Source: a virus
Taxonomy: Duplodnaviria > Caudoviricetes
IMG/VR virus record: IMGVR_UViG_3300002137_000145
Span: 2,966 to 66,965 of that record
Strand: one strand, 5' to 3'
DNA length: 64,000 bases
Positions 1-10,006 of this stretch are shown here, one piece after another. How positions within the stretch are numbered: the first letter of the stretch is position 1; each line of letters begins with the position of its first letter. Under the pieces are notes generated by a model. That model was not told where the DNA came from, did no database searches, and worked only from the letters and a program-made list of their open reading frames with translations. A program made the translations under genes and the position numbers.

Positions 1-2
1 AC

Positions 3-410
3 CCTGGTTGGAGTAAGTTTTTAATTATAGATCACAGCAACATCAAGACCATTGACTTAGACGTCACAACAGAGAGCAAAAAATATTTTGCAGGAATAGA
101 AAACAGTCAAGGTAAAGTTTACTATATTCCTCGAGGTGGTTGCGTGTGTGACCCAGACGCAGATCTAAAACTCACAGGCGATCTAGCAGAAGTGTTAGTA
201 GTTGACAGCAAGGACGATTCGTATTATACTATAGACATTAGTGAATGCTTTACAGACAATACTACTATTGAAAAATACAATGCCTGCTGCATTGTCAACG
301 ATATTATATGTGCTATGCCCTACGGTGAAAGTGCATCGTTTCAAACTGTTCTAATATTCGATACTATATCTGAAAAAATTATTAAAACATTGGATCTAAA
401 TGACTTATAA
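3..410 (+). CDS. 5'-truncated beta-propeller/kelch-like repeat protein, probable paralog of the next ORF
   Basis: Frame is open from the window start (PGWSKFLIID...KKYFAGIENSQGKVYYIPRGG); shares K-Y/F-x8-10-hydrophobic-P-[YR]-G repeats with 400..1557. Confidence 0.6.
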   Translation, partial: PGWSKFLIIDHSNIKTIDLDVTTESKKYFAGIENSQGKVYYIPRGGCVCDPDADLKLTGDLAEVLVVDSKDDSYYTIDISECFTDNTTIEKYNACCIVNDIICAMPYGESASFQTVLIFDTISEKIIKTLDLNDL

Positions 411-1557
411 ATCTTTTGAAGATTATTATAGAGAAGCAGAGATTAAACACCTTGTGCTATTCAAGCACAACGGCTGTTTGATTAGTCCGCCGTTTTGTAC
501 AGACAGATGCAAAGATTATAGTCGTGTTATGATTTACAAGAATGGTAGTTGTAATTGGATTGATGTCGATACTCCACCGGCTACCAGCAAGTACAATTCT
601 ATGATCAGTATCGGAAACAGTGTTTTCTTTGCACCATACGGAATATGGGATAAGTTTAACACTGTATTAGAAATTAATTTTGATACAGATAAAGAAGTGT
701 ATCATACAATTAACAGTACAGCGATGGGCCAATTTTATAATATGGCCAGTGACGGTAATACTGCATTTTCAGCACCACTTGGGTACGAAGAAGTTAGTTT
801 TAGTTTGTTTATCAAAGACGGGCAAGTAAAACAAATACCTATGCCTAATACAGGTGAACTTAAAAAGCACATGGGCACGGTCTGGGCTAATGGATTCTAT
901 TGGAGTGCTCCACGTGGTGAAAGCTACGACTACGATCAGATATTAAAGTTTAATCCAACCACTGAAGAACTAAGTTTTATTGCCGCTGACTTGCCGAAAG
1001 CAAGACGCAAGTACAGCGACTTTATTATTGCAGGAGATAAGTTATTTTCGTTGCCATTAGGTAGAGATTTTGATTTACATCAAATGCTGATAGTAGATAC
1101 ACTAACCGACAACGTTGAATTGGTTGACCTCAATGTTCCTAGATTTGTAAAAAAATACAATGCAGGCGTACTGTTAGATGATGTGATTATTGCTCTTCCG
1201 TATGGGCATAAAGACAATGGAGATGCTAACTTTGGCCTAGTATTCAATACTATTACATATAAACATTCTATCTTTGATATTGGGTTAACATTTGGCGGCA
1301 AATATAGATTCCGCTCAGGTGTAGAATATAACGGCGTGGCAGTATTCTTGCCTACAGGAACACCTAACGCTGATATTATTGTAGTAGATAAAACTGGAGC
1401 AATTTTGTTTAGGAAAAATCTACTTGAATATATCCTAGGAAGGCCTATTGTGCATGAAGGTCTTATTCACACTATTGCTTACAATGTTATAACTAAAAAA
1501 CATTCGGTGTTAACCGTTGATAGCAATTACACTCTTAACTTTATTGAATTTCTTTAA
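400..1557 (+). CDS. beta-propeller (kelch-like) repeat protein
   Basis: About 7 repeats of ~50 aa containing FAPYG, SAPLG, SAPRG, SLPLG, ALPYG, FLPTG. Confidence 0.6.
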   Translation: MTYKSFEDYYREAEIKHLVLFKHNGCLISPPFCTDRCKDYSRVMIYKNGSCNWIDVDTPPATSKYNSMISIGNSVFFAPYGIWDKFNTVLEINFDTDKEVYHTINSTAMGQFYNMASDGNTAFSAPLGYEEVSFSLFIKDGQVKQIPMPNTGELKKHMGTVWANGFYWSAPRGESYDYDQILKFNPTTEELSFIAADLPKARRKYSDFIIAGDKLFSLPLGRDFDLHQMLIVDTLTDNVELVDLNVPRFVKKYNAGVLLDDVIIALPYGHKDNGDANFGLVFNTITYKHSIFDIGLTFGGKYRFRSGVEYNGVAVFLPTGTPNADIIVVDKTGAILFRKNLLEYILGRPIVHEGLIHTIAYNVITKKHSVLTVDSNYTLNFIEFL

Positions 1558-2379
1558 CTTGTTTACAATTTCAAGTTGAGATAAGTTATCAAGACCGCTT
1601 AACTGATGGTTCAGTGTTGCTACTGGAATAAAACCCAATGCTAAATTTTCGATGCCTAAATTTTTAAAAAACTCAGAGTTATCGTTTACCCATGACTGCA
1701 CACGTTGGTTGAATTCTTCAAATTCGTTCCTTGGTCTGTCTGTAAAAAATTTAAGTTTAAAATCTGCACTGTAGTATTTTGCAGGACGTATATTGTGTTC
1801 TCCGACAATGTCGTCGTTGTCAATAAACAACTCAAGTAAATGCTTACCTACTTCACAATAGTTAATATAGATAGTGCCAAACTTCCAATCATATGTAAAA
1901 TACTGGAAGTCAGCGTCATTTAATTCAAATCGATCGCAACTAAATGTACAAGTGATTGTTGGCGAAAGATGATTGCTGTTTAATAGCTTTTCGTAGTTAT
2001 GAATATAAACATTGAATTTAGACACTGCGTCTTGTACTTCAGCAGGCGCAGAAGTGTACCACTCTGACGGTGTTAATACTCCGCCTCTAAGTGTTTCGAA
2101 AAACTTATGTAGATAATTTAAATCAATAGTTAGACTTGCAACAGGTATAGTATTTGGTTGATATCTATTAACTGTGTCTATACAATTATTAATTTCTTGA
2201 ATATATCTATCAGCATCCCATGGCGAATCAGGCCAACCTGTAAATCGCCAATCCTCGAATAAAGGATAACTCTTACCTATTTCCAATGACCATTTGTTAG
2301 CAATGCTAGTATTGTTTAAATCAAACATTAAATTGTAATCGTCGACTCCGTTGGTCAACGTAAGTGTAATATTATTCAT
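1510..2379 (-). CDS. hypothetical protein, last gene of the radical SAM operon
   Basis: ORF overlapping the upstream gene; likely start MNNITL at 2379; LNYLHKFFE and YINYCEVGK motifs. Confidence 0.7.
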   Translation of the reverse strand: MNNITLTLTNGVDDYNLMFDLNNTSIANKWSLEIGKSYPLFEDWRFTGWPDSPWDADRYIQEINNCIDTVNRYQPNTIPVASLTIDLNYLHKFFETLRGGVLTPSEWYTSAPAEVQDAVSKFNVYIHNYEKLLNSNHLSPTITCTFSCDRFELNDADFQYFTYDWKFGTIYINYCEVGKHLLELFIDNDDIVGEHNIRPAKYYSADFKLKFFTDRPRNEFEEFNQRVQSWVNDNSEFFKNLGIENLALGFIPVATLNHQLSGLDNLSQLEIVNKLKKFNKVKSVIAING

Positions 2380-3268
2380 TTTCTTTTCTAAGATAAATGT
2401 CACTTAGACAACTGCATAAATCTTTACCACAAGTGAGTGCAGTTTTAGGAAGTGTAAAGTCTTGGATAGTGCCCAACGGACCTTGCCCGCAATCTGCACT
2501 AAACACAGATCCTACATAATCAATATTGATCATATCTATACCTGCCCAACATTTCCAACCTTTATGCTTGTTTAATCCACGTAGCACTAGCTCATTGGCA
2601 GTTATTGGTTCGTCGTCTAACAACAATATTCCTCTGTGCAATTTCTCGTCATTAAGTGGACGAAAGTACGGCCAGTTTTTAATAAATTCTTTTTGGTCTT
2701 CGGTGTAATCAGCAACCTGATTTGTCATATTGATTTTGTCTAATACCATCTTAGGCCATACTGCAACGCTGCTATTTTCAAATAAGAATTTAGCTACTTC
2801 AACTAGTTCGTCAAATTGCTCAGGTACCATCATTAAGTTTACTGCTACTGGACAGCTAGCAGCATTGGCTATTTCAACAAAGTGCTGCGGAGTAGAGTAT
2901 TCGGGATGATAGCTTATCATTATTCCCTCGGATAACTTTCCTATAGTGGAAAAATATGCTGCATCTCTACTACCGTTTGTTAAGAATGTAAAACTATTAC
3001 CATACGATTTAACAAGATTAGCAAACTCTAAAAAGTGCTTCCAATATGTAGGCTCACCGCCGCTTATTCTAAAGCAGATATCCTTGTAAGGCAACTGTTC
3101 ATTTATCTTTTTAACAAATTTCTCAACATCATTCCAACTAGGCCAACCGGTACTTCCGTCGTTAAACATACTAGGACAGTACGAGCAACGATAATTGCAT
3201 TTATTTCCTAGATTCCAAGTAATAAGAAACCAATTATGTTTGTTAGAATTCTGGTAGGTTAGTTTCAT
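2372..3268 (-). CDS. radical SAM protein with Cys-rich SPASM/twitch-like C-terminus
   Basis: CNYRCSYC, SGGEPT, TNG, and C-terminal CWAG...C...C...CSC. Confidence 0.92.
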   Translation of the reverse strand: MKLTYQNSNKHNWFLITWNLGNKCNYRCSYCPSMFNDGSTGWPSWNDVEKFVKKINEQLPYKDICFRISGGEPTYWKHFLEFANLVKSYGNSFTFLTNGSRDAAYFSTIGKLSEGIMISYHPEYSTPQHFVEIANAASCPVAVNLMMVPEQFDELVEVAKFLFENSSVAVWPKMVLDKINMTNQVADYTEDQKEFIKNWPYFRPLNDEKLHRGILLLDDEPITANELVLRGLNKHKGWKCWAGIDMINIDYVGSVFSADCGQGPLGTIQDFTLPKTALTCGKDLCSCLSDIYLRKENE

Positions 3269-3921
3269 TCTGCGATTAGATTATTCACAATTAGAGCACG
3301 AGTGCGTTCATTTAATTTAACTGTTAAAATCAATGCATATAGTCCATTGCTAAAACTAAACACACTGTGATCTAACTGAGTGTTAGTAAAGTACAACCAT
3401 CCTGCTTCTGGGTAGATTGGTTTGCCATCGAACATCTGTACATAGTTCTCCGGACTGCAACGCCCAAACACTGCTAGCATCCTAAAGTACTCAGGACTTA
3501 CTTCGTGAAAATCTCGGTGAGGAGGAAAGAATCCACCTTGATCCACTCTAAGCAAATGTACACGACCTATATCCGGAGCAAACACATCAACGAGATTTTT
3601 AATTTCAGGAATACTGTTATACACGTCTGTTGGTGTGTTAAAGTTTTCTTCTTTCATTTCAACATCGTGATATTTTTGCATATATCCAAAACTATTGAGA
3701 TGATAATTATCCATAACATCACCAGTGTGACTGGTCACTGGTAAGCCCCAGCGATTGTTATGCGAATCTTTTTTTACATTATATGGGCACCAATTGTCCT
3801 TAAACTGTTCTAGTTGTTGCTCTACACCTACAGGACTAAAATGCCATTTGGTTTTTACAAAGTTTCCTAAATGTACAAGACTGTTCCATAGTGCTGCACG
3901 TTCTAATTCTTCATGTGTCAT
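3265..3921 (-). CDS. 2OG-Fe(II) oxygenase (aspartyl/asparaginyl beta-hydroxylase-like)
   Basis: GGFFPPHRD (HxD) and distal His in FTNTQLDHSV. Confidence 0.7.
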   Translation of the reverse strand: MTHEELERAALWNSLVHLGNFVKTKWHFSPVGVEQQLEQFKDNWCPYNVKKDSHNNRWGLPVTSHTGDVMDNYHLNSFGYMQKYHDVEMKEENFNTPTDVYNSIPEIKNLVDVFAPDIGRVHLLRVDQGGFFPPHRDFHEVSPEYFRMLAVFGRCSPENYVQMFDGKPIYPEAGWLYFTNTQLDHSVFSFSNGLYALILTVKLNERTRALIVNNLIAE

Positions 3922-5327
3922 AAATTTGCCAACTCCGGGAATATAACTTTATAGTCTGTTCCTCTAATACTATCCATGTTTTCAGCATATTCTTTAAATG
4001 CTGGGACTAAATGTGAATGATCTTCCGCTAGTACGAATTTTAAAATACTAGCCCATCTGTTCCATCCATTAGGATTTTCCTTCCAGAAGATATCGTCTTG
4101 TGTATAATTATCCCATAACCACTGTTTAAAATCTGCAAACTGGCGTTCAAGCTCTTGCTTGTCCTCCAATGGTAGAATCCTAGGACTTAGATAGGTAGGA
4201 ATATACAATAAGTGCATGTTAAGTAGACCACCACCGGCTTCGAATTTTTCAACTTTAAACTTATTAATCTTTTTAAAGTTCTTGCTAATTTTCCATTTAG
4301 CAAAATCAATGATATGCTTGATGTTAAAAATTTGTACAGCACATGCTATACCAACTTTGATATTGTCAGGAGTGTTATCTAACTTGTCAAGCGCTGATTC
4401 GATCTCTTGCCACTTAACTGGATAGCGGATATAATGATTTCGATCACCAATTGCATCGATGCTAAATGCAAAACGAACTTCTTTAAAATGACTCCATACC
4501 TCAATTATGTCATCACCAACTAATACTCCATTGGAATTATATCGCACTGTGATATTTTTGGCGTGTCCCCTACGTATGATTTCTTCTAAGAACTTTTTGT
4601 GTTCTTTGATCATTAACGGCTCGCCGCCAGCGAAGTATAGTTGTCGTATATTAGGAATTTGTTCAAAAATCTCTTCCCATAGCTCTGGTCGTTCGTACCA
4701 AGTATTATTAAACTTTGTCTTGTCCCATTGAATCTGTTGTAATATAATAGGGCTACGAGTCTTTTTAATAAGTTGATCGTGATCTTGTGTCCAACGACTG
4801 CTGTCGTGTGGTGTACACATTACACATTTTAAATTACAGGTGTGCCCTAATCGTAGATCTAGGTATCGTATAACAGGAGGAACAGTACCGTCTGGGTCTG
4901 TTTCATTAACTAATTCAGTTAAGTCTAATCCTTCACGATCCCAAAAATACGATTCCCACACACGTTTACTCATTACGCCATTAGATTCTTCTTCGAAACA
5001 TTTGCTACAGCTTAATGGAATTTTGCCGTCTAGCATAGTACGCCTAACATCTTTCATATACTCATTGTTAAACGCACTTAATAGTGAGTCTGTTCCAAAG
5101 TTTGCAGGTTGTCCATTTTCTTTTTTAACAAGGCCTGCATCCATTATTCCCTTAGTAGCTTGACTAGCATTGCTACCACAGCAAAGCCTTGCATCGCCGT
5201 TGGGCCTAGTGGCTACATGTATCCACGGCAAAGCGCAAAAGGTGTTGCTACTGGATACTTCCTCAATTCTTTCCTGCCAAACTTTTAATGTTTGGTTGTT
5301 GTGATCTTTCCAGAATGGTTTAGACAT
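3918..5327 (-). CDS. radical SAM protein with N-terminal twitch/SPASM-like domain
   Basis: N-terminal FCALPW...RLCC...CSKC; LDLRLGHTCNLKCVMC; FAGGEP. Confidence 0.92.
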   Translation of the reverse strand: MSKPFWKDHNNQTLKVWQERIEEVSSSNTFCALPWIHVATRPNGDARLCCGSNASQATKGIMDAGLVKKENGQPANFGTDSLLSAFNNEYMKDVRRTMLDGKIPLSCSKCFEEESNGVMSKRVWESYFWDREGLDLTELVNETDPDGTVPPVIRYLDLRLGHTCNLKCVMCTPHDSSRWTQDHDQLIKKTRSPIILQQIQWDKTKFNNTWYERPELWEEIFEQIPNIRQLYFAGGEPLMIKEHKKFLEEIIRRGHAKNITVRYNSNGVLVGDDIIEVWSHFKEVRFAFSIDAIGDRNHYIRYPVKWQEIESALDKLDNTPDNIKVGIACAVQIFNIKHIIDFAKWKISKNFKKINKFKVEKFEAGGGLLNMHLLYIPTYLSPRILPLEDKQELERQFADFKQWLWDNYTQDDIFWKENPNGWNRWASILKFVLAEDHSHLVPAFKEYAENMDSIRGTDYKVIFPELANL

Positions 5328-6306
5328 TAAATTGCTCCTTGAATTTGTCTATCTTACCGCATTGCTTACTGCATTGTAGTAGTGGGCTAGAAGCCCATTG
5401 ATCTTCTATCTTTTTAAAATATGCACTGCTAAAAATTTGTTCTAGGCTAGTGGTTCTTAATGTTGGATTACTAAATCCCTTGTCCTTAAAATCAACATAG
5501 CCGGGGTTAAACGGAGGCACCGCCCTAAAGTCTAACCAACAACAGGCAGTGACTTCCCCTTGCGCATTTACATAGATGCTTTGTTCTTTGATAGCCTTGC
5601 AGTTTATCTGTGTATTTTCCAGTGGATTATACTTAATTAATTTTTCAGATAACGCCTTGCTGTGTATGCTCGGGTGAAGTATATGGCTAGTGGTTCCGTC
5701 TTTGTTCAGTACTGTCTTTTCACCATCTTTAAAACGAGATGTATGCTTTGCTTGGAACAAAGAAAAACCTAACTCTTGTGCGAGCTTATCACACTCGTTA
5801 ACCTGATGTGCATTATGTTCAAATACTAACATATGCCATTCGGCTATTCCTCCAGCTTGAATAAAGGTATAAGCATTATCGATAATTTTATCAAAGTCTG
5901 TACCTATACGATATAAGCTGTGGGTATCTTCTAGTCCGTCAATTCCAAATACAACACGCACCTTTAATTTTGCAAGAGTATACCACCACTTGGAATCTCG
6001 GGCGCTGCCGTTGGTATTCATGCTTAACTCTATACTAGGATTTACTTCACGTAGGTATCTAAAAATATTCAAGGTGTCTTTAGCTACTATAGGATCACCG
6101 GTATTGCCACACATGTATAGTCTACCTAACTGTTGAATAAACTCAACAGGAAACCAATGCTTAAATTGCTTCAGTGTAATTTCATCTAATTCTAACCACG
6201 GGTTTTCTATTCCGCCATGTAAATTACGCACACACATAGGACAACTAGCCTGACATTTGCTGGTAATCTCAAGATGTACTGTTTTGATATTTTCTATATT
6301 ATACAT
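5320..6306 (-). CDS. radical SAM protein with SPASM domain
   Basis: CQASCPMC, CGNTGDP, TNG, and C-terminal C...ACC...CSKQC. Confidence 0.9.
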   Translation of the reverse strand: MYNIENIKTVHLEITSKCQASCPMCVRNLHGGIENPWLELDEITLKQFKHWFPVEFIQQLGRLYMCGNTGDPIVAKDTLNIFRYLREVNPSIELSMNTNGSARDSKWWYTLAKLKVRVVFGIDGLEDTHSLYRIGTDFDKIIDNAYTFIQAGGIAEWHMLVFEHNAHQVNECDKLAQELGFSLFQAKHTSRFKDGEKTVLNKDGTTSHILHPSIHSKALSEKLIKYNPLENTQINCKAIKEQSIYVNAQGEVTACCWLDFRAVPPFNPGYVDFKDKGFSNPTLRTTSLEQIFSSAYFKKIEDQWASSPLLQCSKQCGKIDKFKEQFNV

Positions 6307-7315
6307 TTAATTTACGTTTCGTGATTCGAACTTCTGATTTGCAGCTACACGTTATCATTGAACACCTAATAGGTTTAATTACGCTAGCAGTGAACTTTTC
6401 AACAAAATCTACATCATGTATTTTAAAATAGTTGTTGCCATATATTTTAAGTTCGCCACATGCACCTTGTAGTGTGCCGTCACGTTGTACGTTGACTCTG
6501 TCAACACCTAGATTACATTCCCAACCATAAAAGTTATTCAGCTTCTTACTGATAATAGCGAAAGATGTGTATGGTGTGTTAGTACCATTATCCCATGTAA
6601 TCGTTGCCTGTGTTTTATCTTCTTGTATGTTGTTAAGAGATTTCATCTTGTCTAGGTATTCTTTTGGAGGAAGTTTTTTTATTTTATTTTCTAGATAAGA
6701 AAGTTGTTCAGTGGTGTAATCTTGTATAATACCTACAGCAGCACCAGTAGATGTGACCAGTGTTGTTGTTTTAACCAGCCACGGTGTTGGATGTGCAACT
6801 AACTCATCCACTAACTGAGTGCATTTGTCCCACGCTAATGGATCCATGCAAACACTAACTCCACCAATTGTTGTTTCATTGCTGTAAATTAAGTCCAACA
6901 ACTCTTTTATATGTGACGTATTAATGAATTCGTGGTGGGCACTAATTGCAATATCGTTAAAATATTTAGAATACTCATGCCACCATCGCATGGTCCTCGA
7001 CCCATTTGTGTCAACTGAAACTCGAATATCGTGTCGTTCTTTTAAAAACTTTACAAATTCACCTAGCTTAGGCCACAGTGTAGGTTCGCCACCAGTAAGT
7101 TCGATGCTGATTATTTTTTTGTTAAACTGCGTTTTGTAAATCGTAATTAAGTGATCGAAGTTTTTACAGATTAAATCAAAGTCTGGCCATGTTGTTGTTC
7201 CTGCATGAGAATCAGGCCAGCAGTAATTGCACTTATAATTACATACATTAGTAAACTCATAACGTATGCTGAGATAATTGTCAAAGTCTGGATTTGTTAT
7301 AGCTACGGGGTTCAT
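6299..7315 (-). CDS. radical SAM protein
   Basis: CNYKCNYC, TGGEPT, DTNGS, and C-terminal CNLG...C...C...CSC. Confidence 0.92.
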   Translation of the reverse strand: MNPVAITNPDFDNYLSIRYEFTNVCNYKCNYCWPDSHAGTTTWPDFDLICKNFDHLITIYKTQFNKKIISIELTGGEPTLWPKLGEFVKFLKERHDIRVSVDTNGSRTMRWWHEYSKYFNDIAISAHHEFINTSHIKELLDLIYSNETTIGGVSVCMDPLAWDKCTQLVDELVAHPTPWLVKTTTLVTSTGAAVGIIQDYTTEQLSYLENKIKKLPPKEYLDKMKSLNNIQEDKTQATITWDNGTNTPYTSFAIISKKLNNFYGWECNLGVDRVNVQRDGTLQGACGELKIYGNNYFKIHDVDFVEKFTASVIKPIRCSMITCSCKSEVRITKRKLNV

Positions 7316-8382
7316 AAAGACTCTAGTCCTTCGTAGATTCCAGCTAGCTTTTTAAAATTATTTGTGTTCTTATCGTTAGATAACAATCTTAATAACTGAG
7401 GAGCATTGCGTTCAATTAATAATTTATGTATTCCTGCATCAAGTATCTGTGTTCTCAGTATAGGATAGCTTAAATTTAAAACAAGATTTATTAAATTTAA
7501 ATTATCGTAAGGAGACAGGGTAATAGTATTTCCTAAATGCCAGTGTTGGAAGTCGTTGCTGTTTCTAATAACAACATGTTCTTTTAATTCTGCTTCACTG
7601 TGGAATTTTATTTGCTTTGCTGCTTCCAATGTGCTAGCGAACTTTTCTTTTAGAAAATATCCACTGTGATAATACGGTTGCTGTTTACATACTTCGACTA
7701 TATCTTCATTAAAGTAGTTTAACACGATGCAAGCATCATAGGGATTCCGCATCAGCATTTCGTCGCCATTGGCACCTGATAAAAGAACTTCAGGAGTTCT
7801 CCAATGCTGTAGGCTTTTATATGCCCAAAACTGTTTTAATTTAGATCGATTATGACACATAAAATAATCTAAATCAAAATGTTCACAATTTACTAATTCA
7901 TACGGTATCTTATTTTTAACAACATAGGCTGCTAACAGCAGCGTATCAACTCCGCCGGTTAAGAACAACTTAACGGGCTTATCTGTTTCAAAATTTAAAA
8001 TAGTGTTTTCAATAGTAGTGTCTATCTGATCAATAATTTCGCTATCTGTTAAATTCAACTTTTTAAATTTTGAAGATGGCTTATCTATTCGTATAATGGA
8101 GTTTGCAGTGACCGACACTTCACCTACGAAAAAATCTCCTGATAGTAAATTCGACACAACAAATTTTTCAGCATCAATAAACATAGGAAAGGTTTGGCGT
8201 TCACCAGAGTCAACGTGTACACTGTCATCACTGTATGAAATCGCACAGCTTTTTCCCGGATAACCTTTGCTAATATAATTTTCATTAATCGTCCATCCGT
8301 TATCAAAGTCAACACAAAACTCTCCCCATTTAATATGGTTAGGGAAGTCGTTGTTTATGTGCTTACTAATCGAGAAAAACAT
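7312..8382 (-). CDS. asparagine synthetase-like (N-type ATP pyrophosphatase) protein
   Basis: LFLTGGVDT (variant of LSGGxDS PP-loop) and LSGANGDE. Confidence 0.6.
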   Translation of the reverse strand: MFFSISKHINNDFPNHIKWGEFCVDFDNGWTINENYISKGYPGKSCAISYSDDSVHVDSGERQTFPMFIDAEKFVVSNLLSGDFFVGEVSVTANSIIRIDKPSSKFKKLNLTDSEIIDQIDTTIENTILNFETDKPVKLFLTGGVDTLLLAAYVVKNKIPYELVNCEHFDLDYFMCHNRSKLKQFWAYKSLQHWRTPEVLLSGANGDEMLMRNPYDACIVLNYFNEDIVEVCKQQPYYHSGYFLKEKFASTLEAAKQIKFHSEAELKEHVVIRNSNDFQHWHLGNTITLSPYDNLNLINLVLNLSYPILRTQILDAGIHKLLIERNAPQLLRLLSNDKNTNNFKKLAGIYEGLESL

Positions 8383-8972
8383 TATTGCTTACCTATAATC
8401 ATCCAACGAGTGTACAGTGGCAATTCTAATTCGCCTGCCCATACAACATTGATGCCGCATTGTGATTTAAATTCTTCTAGTGTTGCTGCTGTGCGGATAT
8501 GCTCCGGAATATCATAATTATTACTTTGTAATACTAGTAAGCTGTCTGCAGGCATTCCGCTTTTCCACAAGTCAAATTGATCTTGTGCAATGTGTTCGCA
8601 ACTAGTGTTAATTACAACATTAGCATCACTGCGTATCTCGCACATGTCTGCGGTTATTGCACGAAATCTACCAACTATTTCTTCTTGCTTGTTCATCATA
8701 GTAGCAATAGATTCGCATGTTGGGTCGATGTCTACACTGCGGATATTTTTTATGGGAATTGAACTCTGGAACAACATACTAGCTAATACACCAACCCAAC
8801 CTCCGTGGATGTCTATACTAATAAAAGTATTAACATTTTTTCTTAGGTTGGTAATTAGCCACTCTTTGCTTTTAAGTTGACCACTCCAAAATGCATCCAT
8901 TGTGCGTATTGGATCTTCACTTTGCCGGATTGCCTGCATCCAGAAGTGTAAGTGTTCTGTATCTATTTGCAT
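8382..8972 (-). CDS. class I SAM-dependent methyltransferase-like protein
   Basis: IDIHGGWVG glycine-rich motif I, RSVDID, ADM, INTSCEH. Confidence 0.7.
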   Translation of the reverse strand: MQIDTEHLHFWMQAIRQSEDPIRTMDAFWSGQLKSKEWLITNLRKNVNTFISIDIHGGWVGVLASMLFQSSIPIKNIRSVDIDPTCESIATMMNKQEEIVGRFRAITADMCEIRSDANVVINTSCEHIAQDQFDLWKSGMPADSLLVLQSNNYDIPEHIRTAATLEEFKSQCGINVVWAGELELPLYTRWMIIGKQ

Positions 8973-9943
8973 TTTGGTATCTTGCTATCGGCTGAACTAA
9001 CACAACTAGGTGTAATGCAGCGTTGGGGTTTCTTAAACAATTCGAAACTTTCTAAAGTTCCTAATGGTTGGTCGTGACAACTGTACGATCTCTTTACTTC
9101 GTTGCTTCTTATTATAACACTTTGATAGCCACTATTGCAAGACCAATCTTGGAAATTATTAAATCCAAATGCATTAAATCTTTCCGCTTGGTCGAACAGA
9201 TATTCGTTGTCGTCCGCATCGTATAATGCTACTTGATAGACTTCTTCTCCATTTGATCGTTGGGGGAATCCTGTTTGCATTCTGTGGATTTGGTCTTCTG
9301 TATATCCATCAACAATCCTGGAAGCAGTCGGGTCGGACTGGGGTTTGAGAGTAATATTAATACCTCGGGCGGCAAATCGTCCCATACGCTCGTAAAGCTC
9401 TTCAAACATTTCCGGAACCATAACTTGATTGATTGTGACATGAACTCTCTCATACATTAATTGCAGGCACTTATCGCCAAACTCTTGTTCTTTAGCAAAC
9501 TCTGAATGATAGCTTGCCGTTATACTTCGACGTTGCAGCATATCTGTGTTAGCGCACCAAGTCTTCCACCACTTGCTACCTGGACTTAGGTTAGTGGTCA
9601 TGTGTACACTTTGGTAAGAACTCTCTACATCGTCTTGCAAATATTTAACTAGATCATTTAGCTGTTTATATGCAGTAGGTTCACCGCCACTAAAGCTCCA
9701 ATGGAACTGATTGAACCCATTTAGTTTGGCTTGGCGTTTAATTTCGTCTATGGTGTGTTGGTATACTTCTAATTTTTCATGATCAACTTTATCTGATCTA
9801 GCATACGGCCAGCAATAACTACAATTATAGTTGCAGAATCGTCCTAGTATCCAGCTAATAGAGAACAACGGTTTGGACAACATTGTTCGCTGTCCAAATC
9901 TAACTATTTTTTGAAATGGTATTTCTTGAAAATTGGCTATCAT
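8963..9943 (-). CDS. radical SAM protein, first gene of the operon
   Basis: CNYNCSYC, FSGGEPT, and C-terminal CNSG...C...C...C. Confidence 0.92.
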   Translation of the reverse strand: MIANFQEIPFQKIVRFGQRTMLSKPLFSISWILGRFCNYNCSYCWPYARSDKVDHEKLEVYQHTIDEIKRQAKLNGFNQFHWSFSGGEPTAYKQLNDLVKYLQDDVESSYQSVHMTTNLSPGSKWWKTWCANTDMLQRRSITASYHSEFAKEQEFGDKCLQLMYERVHVTINQVMVPEMFEELYERMGRFAARGINITLKPQSDPTASRIVDGYTEDQIHRMQTGFPQRSNGEEVYQVALYDADDNEYLFDQAERFNAFGFNNFQDWSCNSGYQSVIIRSNEVKRSYSCHDQPLGTLESFELFKKPQRCITPSCVSSADSKIPKCK

Positions 9944-9953
9944 AATATGCTAA

Positions 9954-9959
9954 TATTTA
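9954..9959 (-). promoter_or_regulatory. T4-like late promoter core TAAATA driving the radical SAM operon
   Basis: TATTTA on + strand, 10 nt upstream of the ATG at 9943; same motif precedes structural genes. Confidence 0.6.
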
Positions 9960-9971
9960 ACCACTAAGGGG

Positions 9972-10000
9972 TTGCTCTTAGGCAAACAAGGTTATATAAT
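9972..10000 (+). promoter_or_regulatory. sigma70-type promoter for the tRNA-like RNA
   Basis: TTGCTC-17 bp-TATAAT, ending 6 nt before the RNA 5' end. Confidence 0.75.
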
Positions 10001-10006
10001 ATACTT

